Notes: generated by a model from the sequence alone, not told the origin. 23,093 nucleotides of DNA from Promethearchaeota archaeon (GCA_048940645.1 JBHLOI010000055.1:1-23093); one strand, 5' to 3'; positions 9,411 to 17,732 are shown, numbered from the stretch's first letter. Translations and numbers: made by a program.

Positions 9411-9482
9411 AACCCCCCCTTTGCGAGGCAAGTCACCTTAAAACTAAAATTTTATTTTAAGATTCATTCTACGGGGGTAGTT
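9411..9482 (-). promoter_or_regulatory. SECIS element, eukaryote/Lokiarchaeia-type (AUGA..AA..GA), overlapping the vhuD stop codon
   Basis: Minus-strand RNA: AACUACCCCC GUAG A AUGA AUCUUAAAAU AAAAUUUUA GUUUUAAGGU GA C UUGC CUCGCAAA GGGGGGGUU. It has a 10-bp helix (9463-9454 with 9435-9444), an apical loop starting AAAA, a tandem GA/AG core, and lower helices GUAG:UUGC and AACU-CCCCC:GGGGGGGUU. Confidence 0.85.
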
Positions 9483-9922
9483 ACTCCTTTTTTTTTAATA
9501 GATTTCATATCTATGGTATTAATCGGATTGGGTCCAGTCCGCCTTATTTTTTCAAGAGCGTCTTCAACGCTTTTTACTAATTTTTCAGATTCTGCACCAC
9601 TTAGCCAGTACATATTAACTCTTTGACCTCCAAATCCTCGAGATTCTAAAATTCTATTCGCCAAATCTACATGTCTTTGGGCTGTATAATTACCATTTTT
9701 AAATTGACATTCATCAGGTCTTCATCCAACAACCATAACACCATCAGCTCCAGATTTAATGGTATATAAAATATGCTTCACATCAATCCTGCCAGTACAC
9801 TTAACTTTAATTATTTTAACTGACGGTGTATACTTTAAACGAGAAACTCCAGCCAAATCAGCAGCACTATAACCTCACTTTAAACAAGCAAACATAATAA
9901 CTTTAAAGTTATAATCTTCCAT
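9464..9922 (-). CDS. vhuD: Selenoprotein VhuD/MvhD, 152 aa, Sec at residues 16 and 67
   Basis: ATG 9922 with GGAGG upstream. Translates as MEDYNFKVIMFACLK-U-GYSAADLAGVSRLKY..VKCTGRID..GADGVMVVG-U-RPDECQF. TGA at 9875-9877 and 9722-9724 align with CNWC and GCHIGDC of the Cys paralogue at 1902..2339. Confidence 0.93.
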
Positions 9923-9930
9923 TTTTTTGT

Positions 9931-11871
9931 TTAACCTCCTTCTAATAACCCTTCTATTTCAGCATATAATTGATAATCACGGTAATATCGAATATCAATT
10001 GCTTGTGTAGGACAACATGTTGCACATATGCCGCATCCATCACAGTTTATTTCATCAACAACAGCGCCTTCCTCATCGACTATTTTAATAGCCTTCTTAG
10101 GACATTCTTTTTCACATCTTCTGCATGAGATACAATATTCATCATCTACTTCAGCAGTAATAAGCTCAATATCTATTTCTCCTGGTGATGTTAACTCAGC
10201 AACCTTACTTGCTGCTGCTCTTGCCTGAGATACAGAATAGGCAATATCTTTAGGTCCTTGAGCAAAACCCGCAATAAAAATACCTTTCGTTTTAGTTTCT
10301 TGCGGCATTAAACCAAAGTGAGATTCTGTTAAAAATCCATTTCTGTCAGTATCCAAATTTAAAACTTTTGAAATCTGTTTTGTACCTTCAGAAGGTAATG
10401 CTGCAGTAGATAAAACAACTAAATCAGCATCTATTTTAATGATTTCATCAGTTAAAGATGAGTAAACTCTGATTTTAATATCTTTACTTTCTGGGTCTTC
10501 TGTAATTTCACCAACTTTACCCCGAATCATCTTAATATCAGAATCTTTAGCGCGTTGATAATATTCTTCGAAACCCTTTTCATTAGTTCTGATATCAATA
10601 TAACATATTGTAATATTAGCGTCTGGAAATTCTTCTTTAAGCAATTTTCCATTCTTTAATGCTAACATACAACAAACCCCGCTACAATACGGTCGTTCTG
10701 AATCTCTACTTCCGACACATTGTATGAAAACGATTTCTTTTGGTTTCTTATTGTCTGATAGACGTCTTACATGTCCCTCTAAAGGTCCATTTGGGGCTAG
10801 CATTCTTTCTAATTGGGCTTGAGTTATTACGTTTTCGAATTCACCATAACCATATTCACCAAAAGGTTCATAAATATCCCACCCAGTTGCTATGATTATC
10901 GTACCAACTTTAAATTTTACCTCTTTGGGTACTTGACTGAAATCTATAGCATCTAATTCACAAGCTTCTATACAGCTAAAACATTCAACGCATGAATCCC
11001 TGTGTACATCATACAAGAATGGTACGGCTTGACCGAATGCAATATCAATGGCCTTACGTGCTCCCAAATATTCATCAAAATAGTTGGAAGTATACACCGG
11101 ACAAACTTCAGCACAAGCTCCACATCCATTGCAATTTTCAGTTATATACCTTGGTTTCATCTCAACTGTTATATCATAATTACCAACATACCCAGAAACC
11201 TCTTTTACTTCACTAAAACTTAGAATCTCTATGTTTTCATTTCGATTGACATCTAGCATTTTAGGACCGCAAATTCATATAGCACAGTCATCAGTGGGAA
11301 AAGTCCGGTCTAATTGTGCCATTCTACCTCCGATGGTTGTTTTAATATCTACAAGATAAACTTTAATACCTTCATTAGCAAGATCTAAAGCAGCATTCAT
11401 CCCTGCTATTCCTCCACCTACTATCAGTGTAGCTTTTTCAACAGGAACCGTTTTAATTGGTACCACTTCAAGTTGTTTTACTCGCTCAATCCCACTTTTT
11501 ACTAAAATTTTAGCTTTTTCTAAAGCTTCATCATTTTTTTCTGTACACCAAGAACAATGTTCTCTAACATTAACCATCTGAAAATAATATGGATTTAAAT
11601 CGGTTTTGGCGATTGAACCTCTATAAATCGGTTCGTGAGTACGAGGAGTTCAAGCAGAAGCTACAATACGATTTAATTTCTTCTCTTTGATGTCTTCAAT
11701 AATCTCGTTTTGGCCGCTTTCTGTTCATAGGAAGCTGTGCTGTTTCGAGACAATGACGCCATTGAGTTTTTTAGCAAATTCTACTAGCTTATTACAATCA
11801 ACTTTACCACGAATATTAATGCCTCATTGACAAGCATAGTATCCAATCCGATGCATATCAGATTCTTCCAT
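9931..11871 (-). CDS. hdrA: Selenoprotein HdrA, 646 aa, Sec at residues 16, 49, 74 and 199
   Basis: One frame from ATG 11871 through four TGA (11824-11826, 11725-11727, 11650-11652, 11275-11277) joins the 100-aa and 442-aa ORF fragments. Contexts ACQ-U-GINI, SFL-U-TESGQ, ASA-U-TPRTHE and DDCAI-U-ICGPKM match ICHCGINI, LYSCSSDSQ, VASCTPRTHE and NDCSLCILAPKM in the paralogue. Confidence 0.94.
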
Positions 11872-11947
11872 CTTTTTTACACATCCACCTCTAATTTGAC
11901 AATTTTGTATAGCTTTTTTCCTAAAAATTTTTTTACTTAATAATAAT

Positions 11948-11984
11948 CAATTTCCGATATTGAGAATTTATTTATCGGGAATTG
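11948..11984. promoter_or_regulatory. Inverted repeat upstream of the hdr operon (candidate operator or hairpin)
   Basis: CAATTTCCGATA-N13-TATCGGGAATTG, 11 of 12 positions complementary. TTTCCGATAT recurs at 12043-12052. Confidence 0.5.
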
Positions 11985-12258
11985 GCCTTTTTTTATTCTT
12001 TTTTTAACTTTTATGTTATTTACACTTTAAATAATTTGTTACTTTCCGATATAATAAAATTCTGAAAATTTAATTACTATTATAGGTATTGTTTTCCCAT
12101 TTCGAAAATTCTACTTTTATTTAATTGAGGAATTTAATAATCAATTACTATTTTTGTAAAAATAAAATTTATATTTATATTCGACATGAATGTATAATAA
12201 TAGAGAATCAATATTGTTTCACTTGAAATTAAAGAATTAATTATAAATAATAAATAAA

Positions 12259-12939
12259 GTGATTTTTTTGACTATAAGCTTTTATTATTTCCAATATCTT
12301 AATTATTTTGCACTTGTTTACACAACAATTCCATCAATAATTACAGCCATCTTTATGGTAATTTTAAATATTTTCATATTGATTTCCAGTAAGACTTTAC
12401 GTGAAGATATTCAAAGGACACGTCTTTTAAAGAGTGCTGCGATTATAAACATTATTTTTAGCATCTTACCATTAACACTTCCATCATTCGCATTCTCATC
12501 TCTAACCGAAATAGAGAAAATAATTGTAGTTGGTTATTTAGTATTTCTTGGATTGGCTGGATCCTTACCATTTTTTATAACATATGGACTCTTCTTTTTC
12601 CTTTTCGGTAAGGCTAACCAAGAAGAGTATGGTAGTTTTCTAAAAATTGGTGGGATTCTCTGGATGGTGTCTTTTGGATTTTCTTTACTAACTCTAAGTG
12701 GATTAATAGACAGTATCATATACATCTTAATTGGGGCTCCACCAACCTTTGTAATAACTTATTGGACTAGATTGCTTTTTATTATTATTGAATTAAATGG
12801 TTTTGTGTTACTACTAATCCATAGTATTAAAAATAAGAATAAGAATCTAATGATAGCCGGTATATTAAGATTTGTTGCTTTTATTACAGTATTCTTATAT
12901 CCACTTTTCGCTAACTACATTTATGATTTATTCCTCTAA
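12259..12939 (+). CDS. Hypothetical multi-pass membrane protein
   Basis: 226-aa ORF with about 6-7 hydrophobic segments and no recognised motif. Confidence 0.7.
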   Translation: MIFLTISFYYFQYLNYFALVYTTIPSIITAIFMVILNIFILISSKTLREDIQRTRLLKSAAIINIIFSILPLTLPSFAFSSLTEIEKIIVVGYLVFLGLAGSLPFFITYGLFFFLFGKANQEEYGSFLKIGGILWMVSFGFSLLTLSGLIDSIIYILIGAPPTFVITYWTRLLFIIIELNGFVLLLIHSIKNKNKNLMIAGILRFVAFITVFLYPLFANYIYDLFL

Positions 12940-12974
12940 ATTCTTTTTCCTTTAATTTACTTGTACTTAAATGA

Positions 12975-13199
12975 TTATGATTTGATATTCTTACTTTCAG
13001 AGATTAATTGTCTTTCAAGAATCATGTTTTCTTGTAGTTCTTTAAGAAGATTTTCTAATTTTCTAATTTTATCTTCAAGTGTATCAATTTTTTTAAAATT
13101 GTTCGAAATTATCTTCCTTATTAATTTATTTTCCGAGACCGTAAATGCACCTATCTTCTTTTTAAAGAACTTAAATCTGCGGTAAGCGTATTCAATCAT
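12975..13199 (-). CDS. Small basic/coiled-coil protein duplicating the C-terminal tail of the SDR at 15027..16145
   Basis: ATG start and intact frame. 44 of 46 aa are identical to the SDR tail, with 12 synonymous codon differences. Confidence 0.62.
   Translation of the reverse strand: MIEYAYRRFKFFKKKIGAFTVSENKLIRKIISNNFKKIDTLEDKIRKLENLLKELQENMILERQLISESKNIKS
13053..13190 (-). repeat. 138-nt imperfect direct repeat, copy 1 (partner 15072..15209)
   Basis: Ungapped manual alignment with 15 mismatches in 138 nt. Confidence 0.93.
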
Positions 13200-13286
13200 A
13201 AATTTTTGATAAATTTGTAAAAATTTAAATTAAATATGATTTTTATATATCTGTAAATTCAAATATCATAAACGAAAATATTTCGT

Positions 13287-14342
13287 ATGAAAACCAATCT
13301 AGATGAAACCGATTTAAATAATATTCGCTCCTTTTCTCTATCTTTAGGAAAACTTCTTAGGCAGATAGGTGGGTATACAATATTTCAATTTATTGCTTCA
13401 GTAATTCTAGTTTTTATATCTGTGGGGATGCTATTTTCCGGAGTCACTGAGACATCTCTCTCAGCGATAATCAATATATTTCAAAATACTATATGGACTA
13501 TCCTGATTGCTTCAATAGTACTTGAGGTTATCTCATACATATTTATCATTAGACTTATTAAATTATCAAGGAGTGCGGAAAAAAAAAGAATCCCATTTAA
13601 AGATAAATATCGTAAGAGTGCTCTTTTTTTCGTAATTGGAATTATAGTTGGGATTATATTACTCATTGTGGCAATTTTTTTAACGAACTGGATGTTGCAA
13701 CTAATTCAGGAAATATTAAATGATCCTTCATTTGAAATAGAGGATTTAGAACAAATCCCTTCAACTGATATCATTTCGACCCTTGTGCAGGTAGGACGTA
13801 TAGCCTTATCTTTAGCAGGTTTCTATTACTTAAAACAAAACTTTAAACAATTAAGTATTTATATGCAAAATGATGAAAGAGTCCATAAGGGACTTCAATT
13901 CCTTGTCACTGGTTATTCCCTCTTAATTCTGGGTTATCTTATTGAAATAATTGTGGCTTTGGCTAGTTTCTTAGCACTAGCTGGTTTGATTATAACCATA
14001 GTAGGATATTTCAGAGCATCAGATGGATTAAAAAATACGGTATGGAGTTTTCCCTATGAAAGGGATCACTTTCATCCAAGAAAAAGGATCATTTTAGAAA
14101 AAAAAACACAAAAAAATTATATCCAAATATGTGAAGATTTGCTCTATAAATATCTAAAAGAAAACCAACAAGCGTTTAATGTGAGAGCTTTAGAGAATAG
14201 ATTAGATGATATAATTACCAATCATGATGAAAAAGAATTCTGTCAGAAAAATCTACAAGAAATTTTAAACAAAATGAAGGCAAATAAAAGAATCCAATTT
14301 AGTTTACGTAACGGTGAATATTTTTACTTTTTTCCTCGTTAA
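13287..14342 (+). CDS. Membrane protein (~6 TM) with small soluble C-terminal winged-helix-like domain
   Basis: Hydrophobic segments over residues ~30-245. The tail LLYKYLKENQQAFNVRALENRL..LQEILNKMKANKRIQFSLRNGEYFYF has a three-helix plus beta-hairpin pattern (fold is inferred). Confidence 0.7.
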   Translation: MKTNLDETDLNNIRSFSLSLGKLLRQIGGYTIFQFIASVILVFISVGMLFSGVTETSLSAIINIFQNTIWTILIASIVLEVISYIFIIRLIKLSRSAEKKRIPFKDKYRKSALFFVIGIIVGIILLIVAIFLTNWMLQLIQEILNDPSFEIEDLEQIPSTDIISTLVQVGRIALSLAGFYYLKQNFKQLSIYMQNDERVHKGLQFLVTGYSLLILGYLIEIIVALASFLALAGLIITIVGYFRASDGLKNTVWSFPYERDHFHPRKRIILEKKTQKNYIQICEDLLYKYLKENQQAFNVRALENRLDDIITNHDEKEFCQKNLQEILNKMKANKRIQFSLRNGEYFYFFPR

Positions 14343-14535
14343 ATATGGAAATCCTCTTACAAGGAACAAAACAGCAGCTTATAGATGCTTTAAATCGATC
14401 GATTTGTATCTGTTCTATCTGCACAAAGGATTACAAATTTTTGATAACTTTGTAAAAACTTATATTAAATATAATTGTAACTTAACTTACTTTTAAATCC
14501 AAATGTTAGAAATTAAACTAAAAGAGGTGTATTTT

Positions 14536-14841
14536 ATGATTTTTATGGTAACAAATTGGTATCCATTTCATAAAGAAAATGAGGTAGCCAAAATACAACA
14601 AAAAGTGCCTCAACAATTTCCACCTTACATTAAAAAATGGCAACTTTTTGGAACAGCTGACGGAAGAAAGGGTCTTAAAGGTTATGGTATTGTATACACA
14701 GATCCCGAAAAAGTGGATGAGGCAGGAAGATACATAGCAAAAGTAATGAGTTTATTTAATGAGGTTGAAGGTTATACTTGGAAAGTAGAACCGTTAATGA
14801 GTATGGGAGATATTCGAAAATTAGAATCTCTGAAGCTGTAA
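14536..14841 (+). CDS. Small conserved-looking hypothetical protein (alpha/beta)
   Basis: The ORF track starts at 14503, but GAGGTG at 14524-14529 lies 6 nt before in-frame ATG 14536 (MIFMVTNWYP..). Confidence 0.75.
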   Translation: MIFMVTNWYPFHKENEVAKIQQKVPQQFPPYIKKWQLFGTADGRKGLKGYGIVYTDPEKVDEAGRYIAKVMSLFNEVEGYTWKVEPLMSMGDIRKLESLKL

Positions 14842-14850
14842 TTTTTTTTT
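14842..14850 (+). terminator. Oligo-T tract, candidate archaeal intrinsic terminator
   Basis: T9 directly after the TAA stop, in a convergent intergenic region. Confidence 0.45.
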
Positions 14851-15026
14851 CTGAAACAAATTATTTAAAATCTTAAATTTCATTTTTTATTTTTTTCGAA
14901 GGAATTTTCATTGAAAGCAGACGCTGAATTTACCTCTCTAACCCAATATTAAAGGAAATTTAAATGTTCAAATCTTCTATATTTGAAGATCTTGCTCATG
15001 ATATTTTTTTCGGTATCAAAACTAAG

Positions 15027-16145
15027 TTATTGAGCAGATGTGATTTTCCCTTGAAGTTCTTCCACAAGGAGTTCTAATTTTCTAATCTTATCTTCAAGTG
15101 TATCAATTTTTTTAAAATTATTTGAAATAATTTTTCTTATTAATTTATTTTCCGAAACTGTAAAGGCACCAACTTTCTTTTTAAAGAACCTAAATCTACG
15201 ATAAGCGTATGATTGTTTCAAGAGATTTAAACGAATGGCCCACTTTGCTAAAGGCATAAAGTATCTCTTGGATCCTACTTTTTTCCTTACTTCATTATAA
15301 TAATCATTAAGAGTGTGTCTTTGGTAAGTTAAGAGTTGCTGAGACTTTTTAGTATCCATAAAACCACAATGAAAATCCTTGAGTTCGAACGCATTCTCAG
15401 GTAAAAAGTTCCTACCTAACCCAAAAATCTCCATCATATTGTTAATGTACTCTTTATAGGTAGTTCTACATTGTTCTCCTCCAGCAATAAGAAAAGTTTT
15501 GCCCCATACCTCTTTACATTCGATTGCATTTACCAATGCATACCCCACATCTTTTGTATCACAAATCTCAATGCAAGTATCTAATGGCATATGAAACATT
15601 AAAGGATCCATTTTCAATTTGTTGATCGAAGTGATATAAGTTAAACGAAAGATTGAAAATTTTACTCCCGATTCTCGGATTAATTTTTCTGCTCTAATTT
15701 TTGAAATCGCATAAAAATCTCCTCTACTTGGTTTTATTGGATCACTAACCTTAATCAAAGGATTTTCTCGACGATCTCCGTATACTGCTATTGATGATGT
15801 AAAAATTAATTTTGGCTTATTTTTTTGCTTTTTTATGGCATTAATTATATTTAATGTCCCTCCAATATTGACTGCTTCAGCTAAGCCAGGATTGGTGTCT
15901 GCTAATGGAGGAATAATGGCGGCTAAATGAATAATTATATCATATCCTTCAATAGCTCTTTCTACATCACTATAGTTTCTGATATCTCCCCAAATAATCT
16001 CAATTTTACTTTTATATTTTTTAGCAATCTTTTTATTATTTTTATTATATATTTCGAAAACTCTTATCTGATGTTTTCTTTTTAATAACTCGTTTATCGT
16101 ACTCAACCCTACATTTCCAAAAGCTCCTGTTACCAATACTTTCAA
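15027..16145 (-). CDS. NAD-dependent epimerase/dehydratase (extended SDR) with C-terminal basic/coiled-coil extension
   Basis: VLVTGAFGNVG, IIHLAA, VNIGGT, TSSIAVYG and YAISK (YxxxK). TTG start with GGAGG 8 nt upstream. Confidence 0.92.
   Translation of the reverse strand: MKVLVTGAFGNVGLSTINELLKRKHQIRVFEIYNKNNKKIAKKYKSKIEIIWGDIRNYSDVERAIEGYDIIIHLAAIIPPLADTNPGLAEAVNIGGTLNIINAIKKQKNKPKLIFTSSIAVYGDRRENPLIKVSDPIKPSRGDFYAISKIRAEKLIRESGVKFSIFRLTYITSINKLKMDPLMFHMPLDTCIEICDTKDVGYALVNAIECKEVWGKTFLIAGGEQCRTTYKEYINNMMEIFGLGRNFLPENAFELKDFHCGFMDTKKSQQLLTYQRHTLNDYYNEVRKKVGSKRYFMPLAKWAIRLNLLKQSYAYRRFRFFKKKVGAFTVSENKLIRKIISNNFKKIDTLEDKIRKLELLVEELQGKITSAQ
15072..15209 (-). repeat. 138-nt imperfect direct repeat, copy 2 (3' end of the SDR gene)
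   Basis: Partner of 13053..13190. Confidence 0.93.
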
Positions 16146-16311
16146 ATTAAAATCCTCCTTTTTTCTTTTTAGTTTTAGTTAAAGTTCAAATCCTATACAA
16201 TACCCCTATGTTTATAGAATAAATAGTGACTAAAGAGTTAAATGGTAGTGATCGCAACCTATAAAAGAATAATTAAATTGATTAAAATAATTAGTAATAA
16301 AATGACGAGAA

Positions 16312-16992
16312 ATGAAAATAGTTAGATTACAAATACCTGGGAATTCTCTTAAAGAAGTTGGATTTGAAAATTTATTTGATAAAATTGAATTTGTAGAAAT
16401 ATTAAATGCATTTCAATACGATCAAAACCACTTCTTTGCTTTACAGAAAATTAGATTCAAACAAAAAACCAAGATTGATATAAAGAAATTTATTATAGAA
16501 AGTTTTAAGCCTGAAAGTTTACAAGTTTTGGAACAATCTGGAAATGAAATAATTTGTATTATGGATCAGAGTAGATCAGCTGGTTTTTTTCCTATCGTAG
16601 ATCTAGGTCCATGGGCATTTCTCTTTCCTATCCATGTATCAAGTGAAGTGGTATTAATTACCATTATTTCTCATGAAGATTACATAGAAAATTTATTTAA
16701 GAAATTAAGCTTATTTACAAAGGATTTTAGAATTATTGGGATGACTGATCTTGATAAAATGGATAAATTTAATGAATCGATTTGGAGATCGATTATCCCT
16801 CTTCCAAAATTTACAGAAAGACAAAAAGAAATTGCCAGTTATGCAGCAAAAAAAGGATTTTTTAAATCTCCAAAAGAAATAACAGCTGAAGATATTGCCT
16901 GCTACTTTGGGATAAAGGAAGCTACAGTTAATAAACATCTAAAGAAAGCAAGGGATTTAGCAATGGAGTACTTTTTTGGAAAATTTATTTAA
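16312..16992 (+). CDS. HTH_10 (bacterio-opsin activator-type) transcriptional regulator
   Basis: C-terminal FTERQKEIASYAAKKGFFKSPKEITAEDIACYFGIKEATVNKHLKKA fits the HTH_10 pattern. The gene is divergent from the SDR gene. Confidence 0.88.
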   Translation: MKIVRLQIPGNSLKEVGFENLFDKIEFVEILNAFQYDQNHFFALQKIRFKQKTKIDIKKFIIESFKPESLQVLEQSGNEIICIMDQSRSAGFFPIVDLGPWAFLFPIHVSSEVVLITIISHEDYIENLFKKLSLFTKDFRIIGMTDLDKMDKFNESIWRSIIPLPKFTERQKEIASYAAKKGFFKSPKEITAEDIACYFGIKEATVNKHLKKARDLAMEYFFGKFI

Positions 16993-17024
16993 CATAAATA
17001 TAATATTAAAAAAAAAAAGAAATA

Positions 17025-17732
17025 TTATCTCTCTGGTTCCAATTTTCTTATGAAAACGATTAACGATAATGGAATAATCCATGCAAGGATTGAAAATAAT
17101 AAAATCCATTCCCATAGGGGATTACTTTCTATTAAAAAAATGATAATAGCTGTAATTGGTCCAACAATTCCATATAATCCGAAGAACCTGGGTATTTTCG
17201 TTTTATAAAGTAGAATATACCATCCCATAAAAAAGGCGGAAAGCACGAAACCAACAAATGCTAGCTCTGACATCACACTATGAAGCTCTGCACCAAAGAG
17301 AATATCACTTCTGTCTTCGCTAAATATACCCACACCAATATATCCCAAACCTCCAATGAGTCCGAATATAAAACCACTACTTGTTAATCTAATTCTTAAC
17401 CTAGTAAATTTCTTCATACTTTTTTGTGGTATTGGTAAAAGGAGGTTTTCCATATAATATGTTATAGGAATGGTTAATGATCCGGCAATTATACAAGCCA
17501 TGTCGTACAAGTAAGGAGCGGGGGTATGAGGACTTCCACCAAGATCACTAATCCAATTATCAATAATGGAATAGCCACCTGGACCGAATATCGAAGCAAC
17601 AACTACACCAGCAATGAGTAAAGAAAGGTATAGAATAATAACAACAATTCCACAGATTTTAACGATCCTATAATTAATTACTTTATCAAATATAGTTGCT
17701 CTTATTTTATTGATTGATTCTCTTAATGACAT
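17025..17732 (-). CDS. DUF998-like membrane protein
   Basis: YSIIDNWISDLG after the first TM segment, GVGIFSED, a following His and about 6 TM segments. Confidence 0.75.
   Translation of the reverse strand: MSLRESINKIRATIFDKVINYRIVKICGIVVIILYLSLLIAGVVVASIFGPGGYSIIDNWISDLGGSPHTPAPYLYDMACIIAGSLTIPITYYMENLLLPIPQKSMKKFTRLRIRLTSSGFIFGLIGGLGYIGVGIFSEDRSDILFGAELHSVMSELAFVGFVLSAFFMGWYILLYKTKIPRFFGLYGIVGPITAIIIFLIESNPLWEWILLFSILAWIIPLSLIVFIRKLEPER

Noticed and set aside
9452-9466. A third Sec at the vhuD terminal TGA
   Set aside because: It is not at a conserved Cys position, would add only ILK before TAA, and lies within the SECIS core.
9464-11871. hdrA and vhuD as pseudogenes, or UGA reassigned to Trp/Gly genome-wide
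   Set aside because: All six internal stops are TGA at conserved Cys positions, Trp is encoded by TGG, and several other genes in the window end at TGA.
14967-14987. TTCAAAT-N7-ATTTGAA inverted repeat between convergent genes
   Set aside because: A 7-bp AT-rich stem is too weak to call.
13053-15209. Direct repeats as IS ends, att sites or CRISPR repeats
   Set aside because: No transposase, integrase or spacer array is present, and the differences are codon-structured, which indicates coding-sequence duplication.
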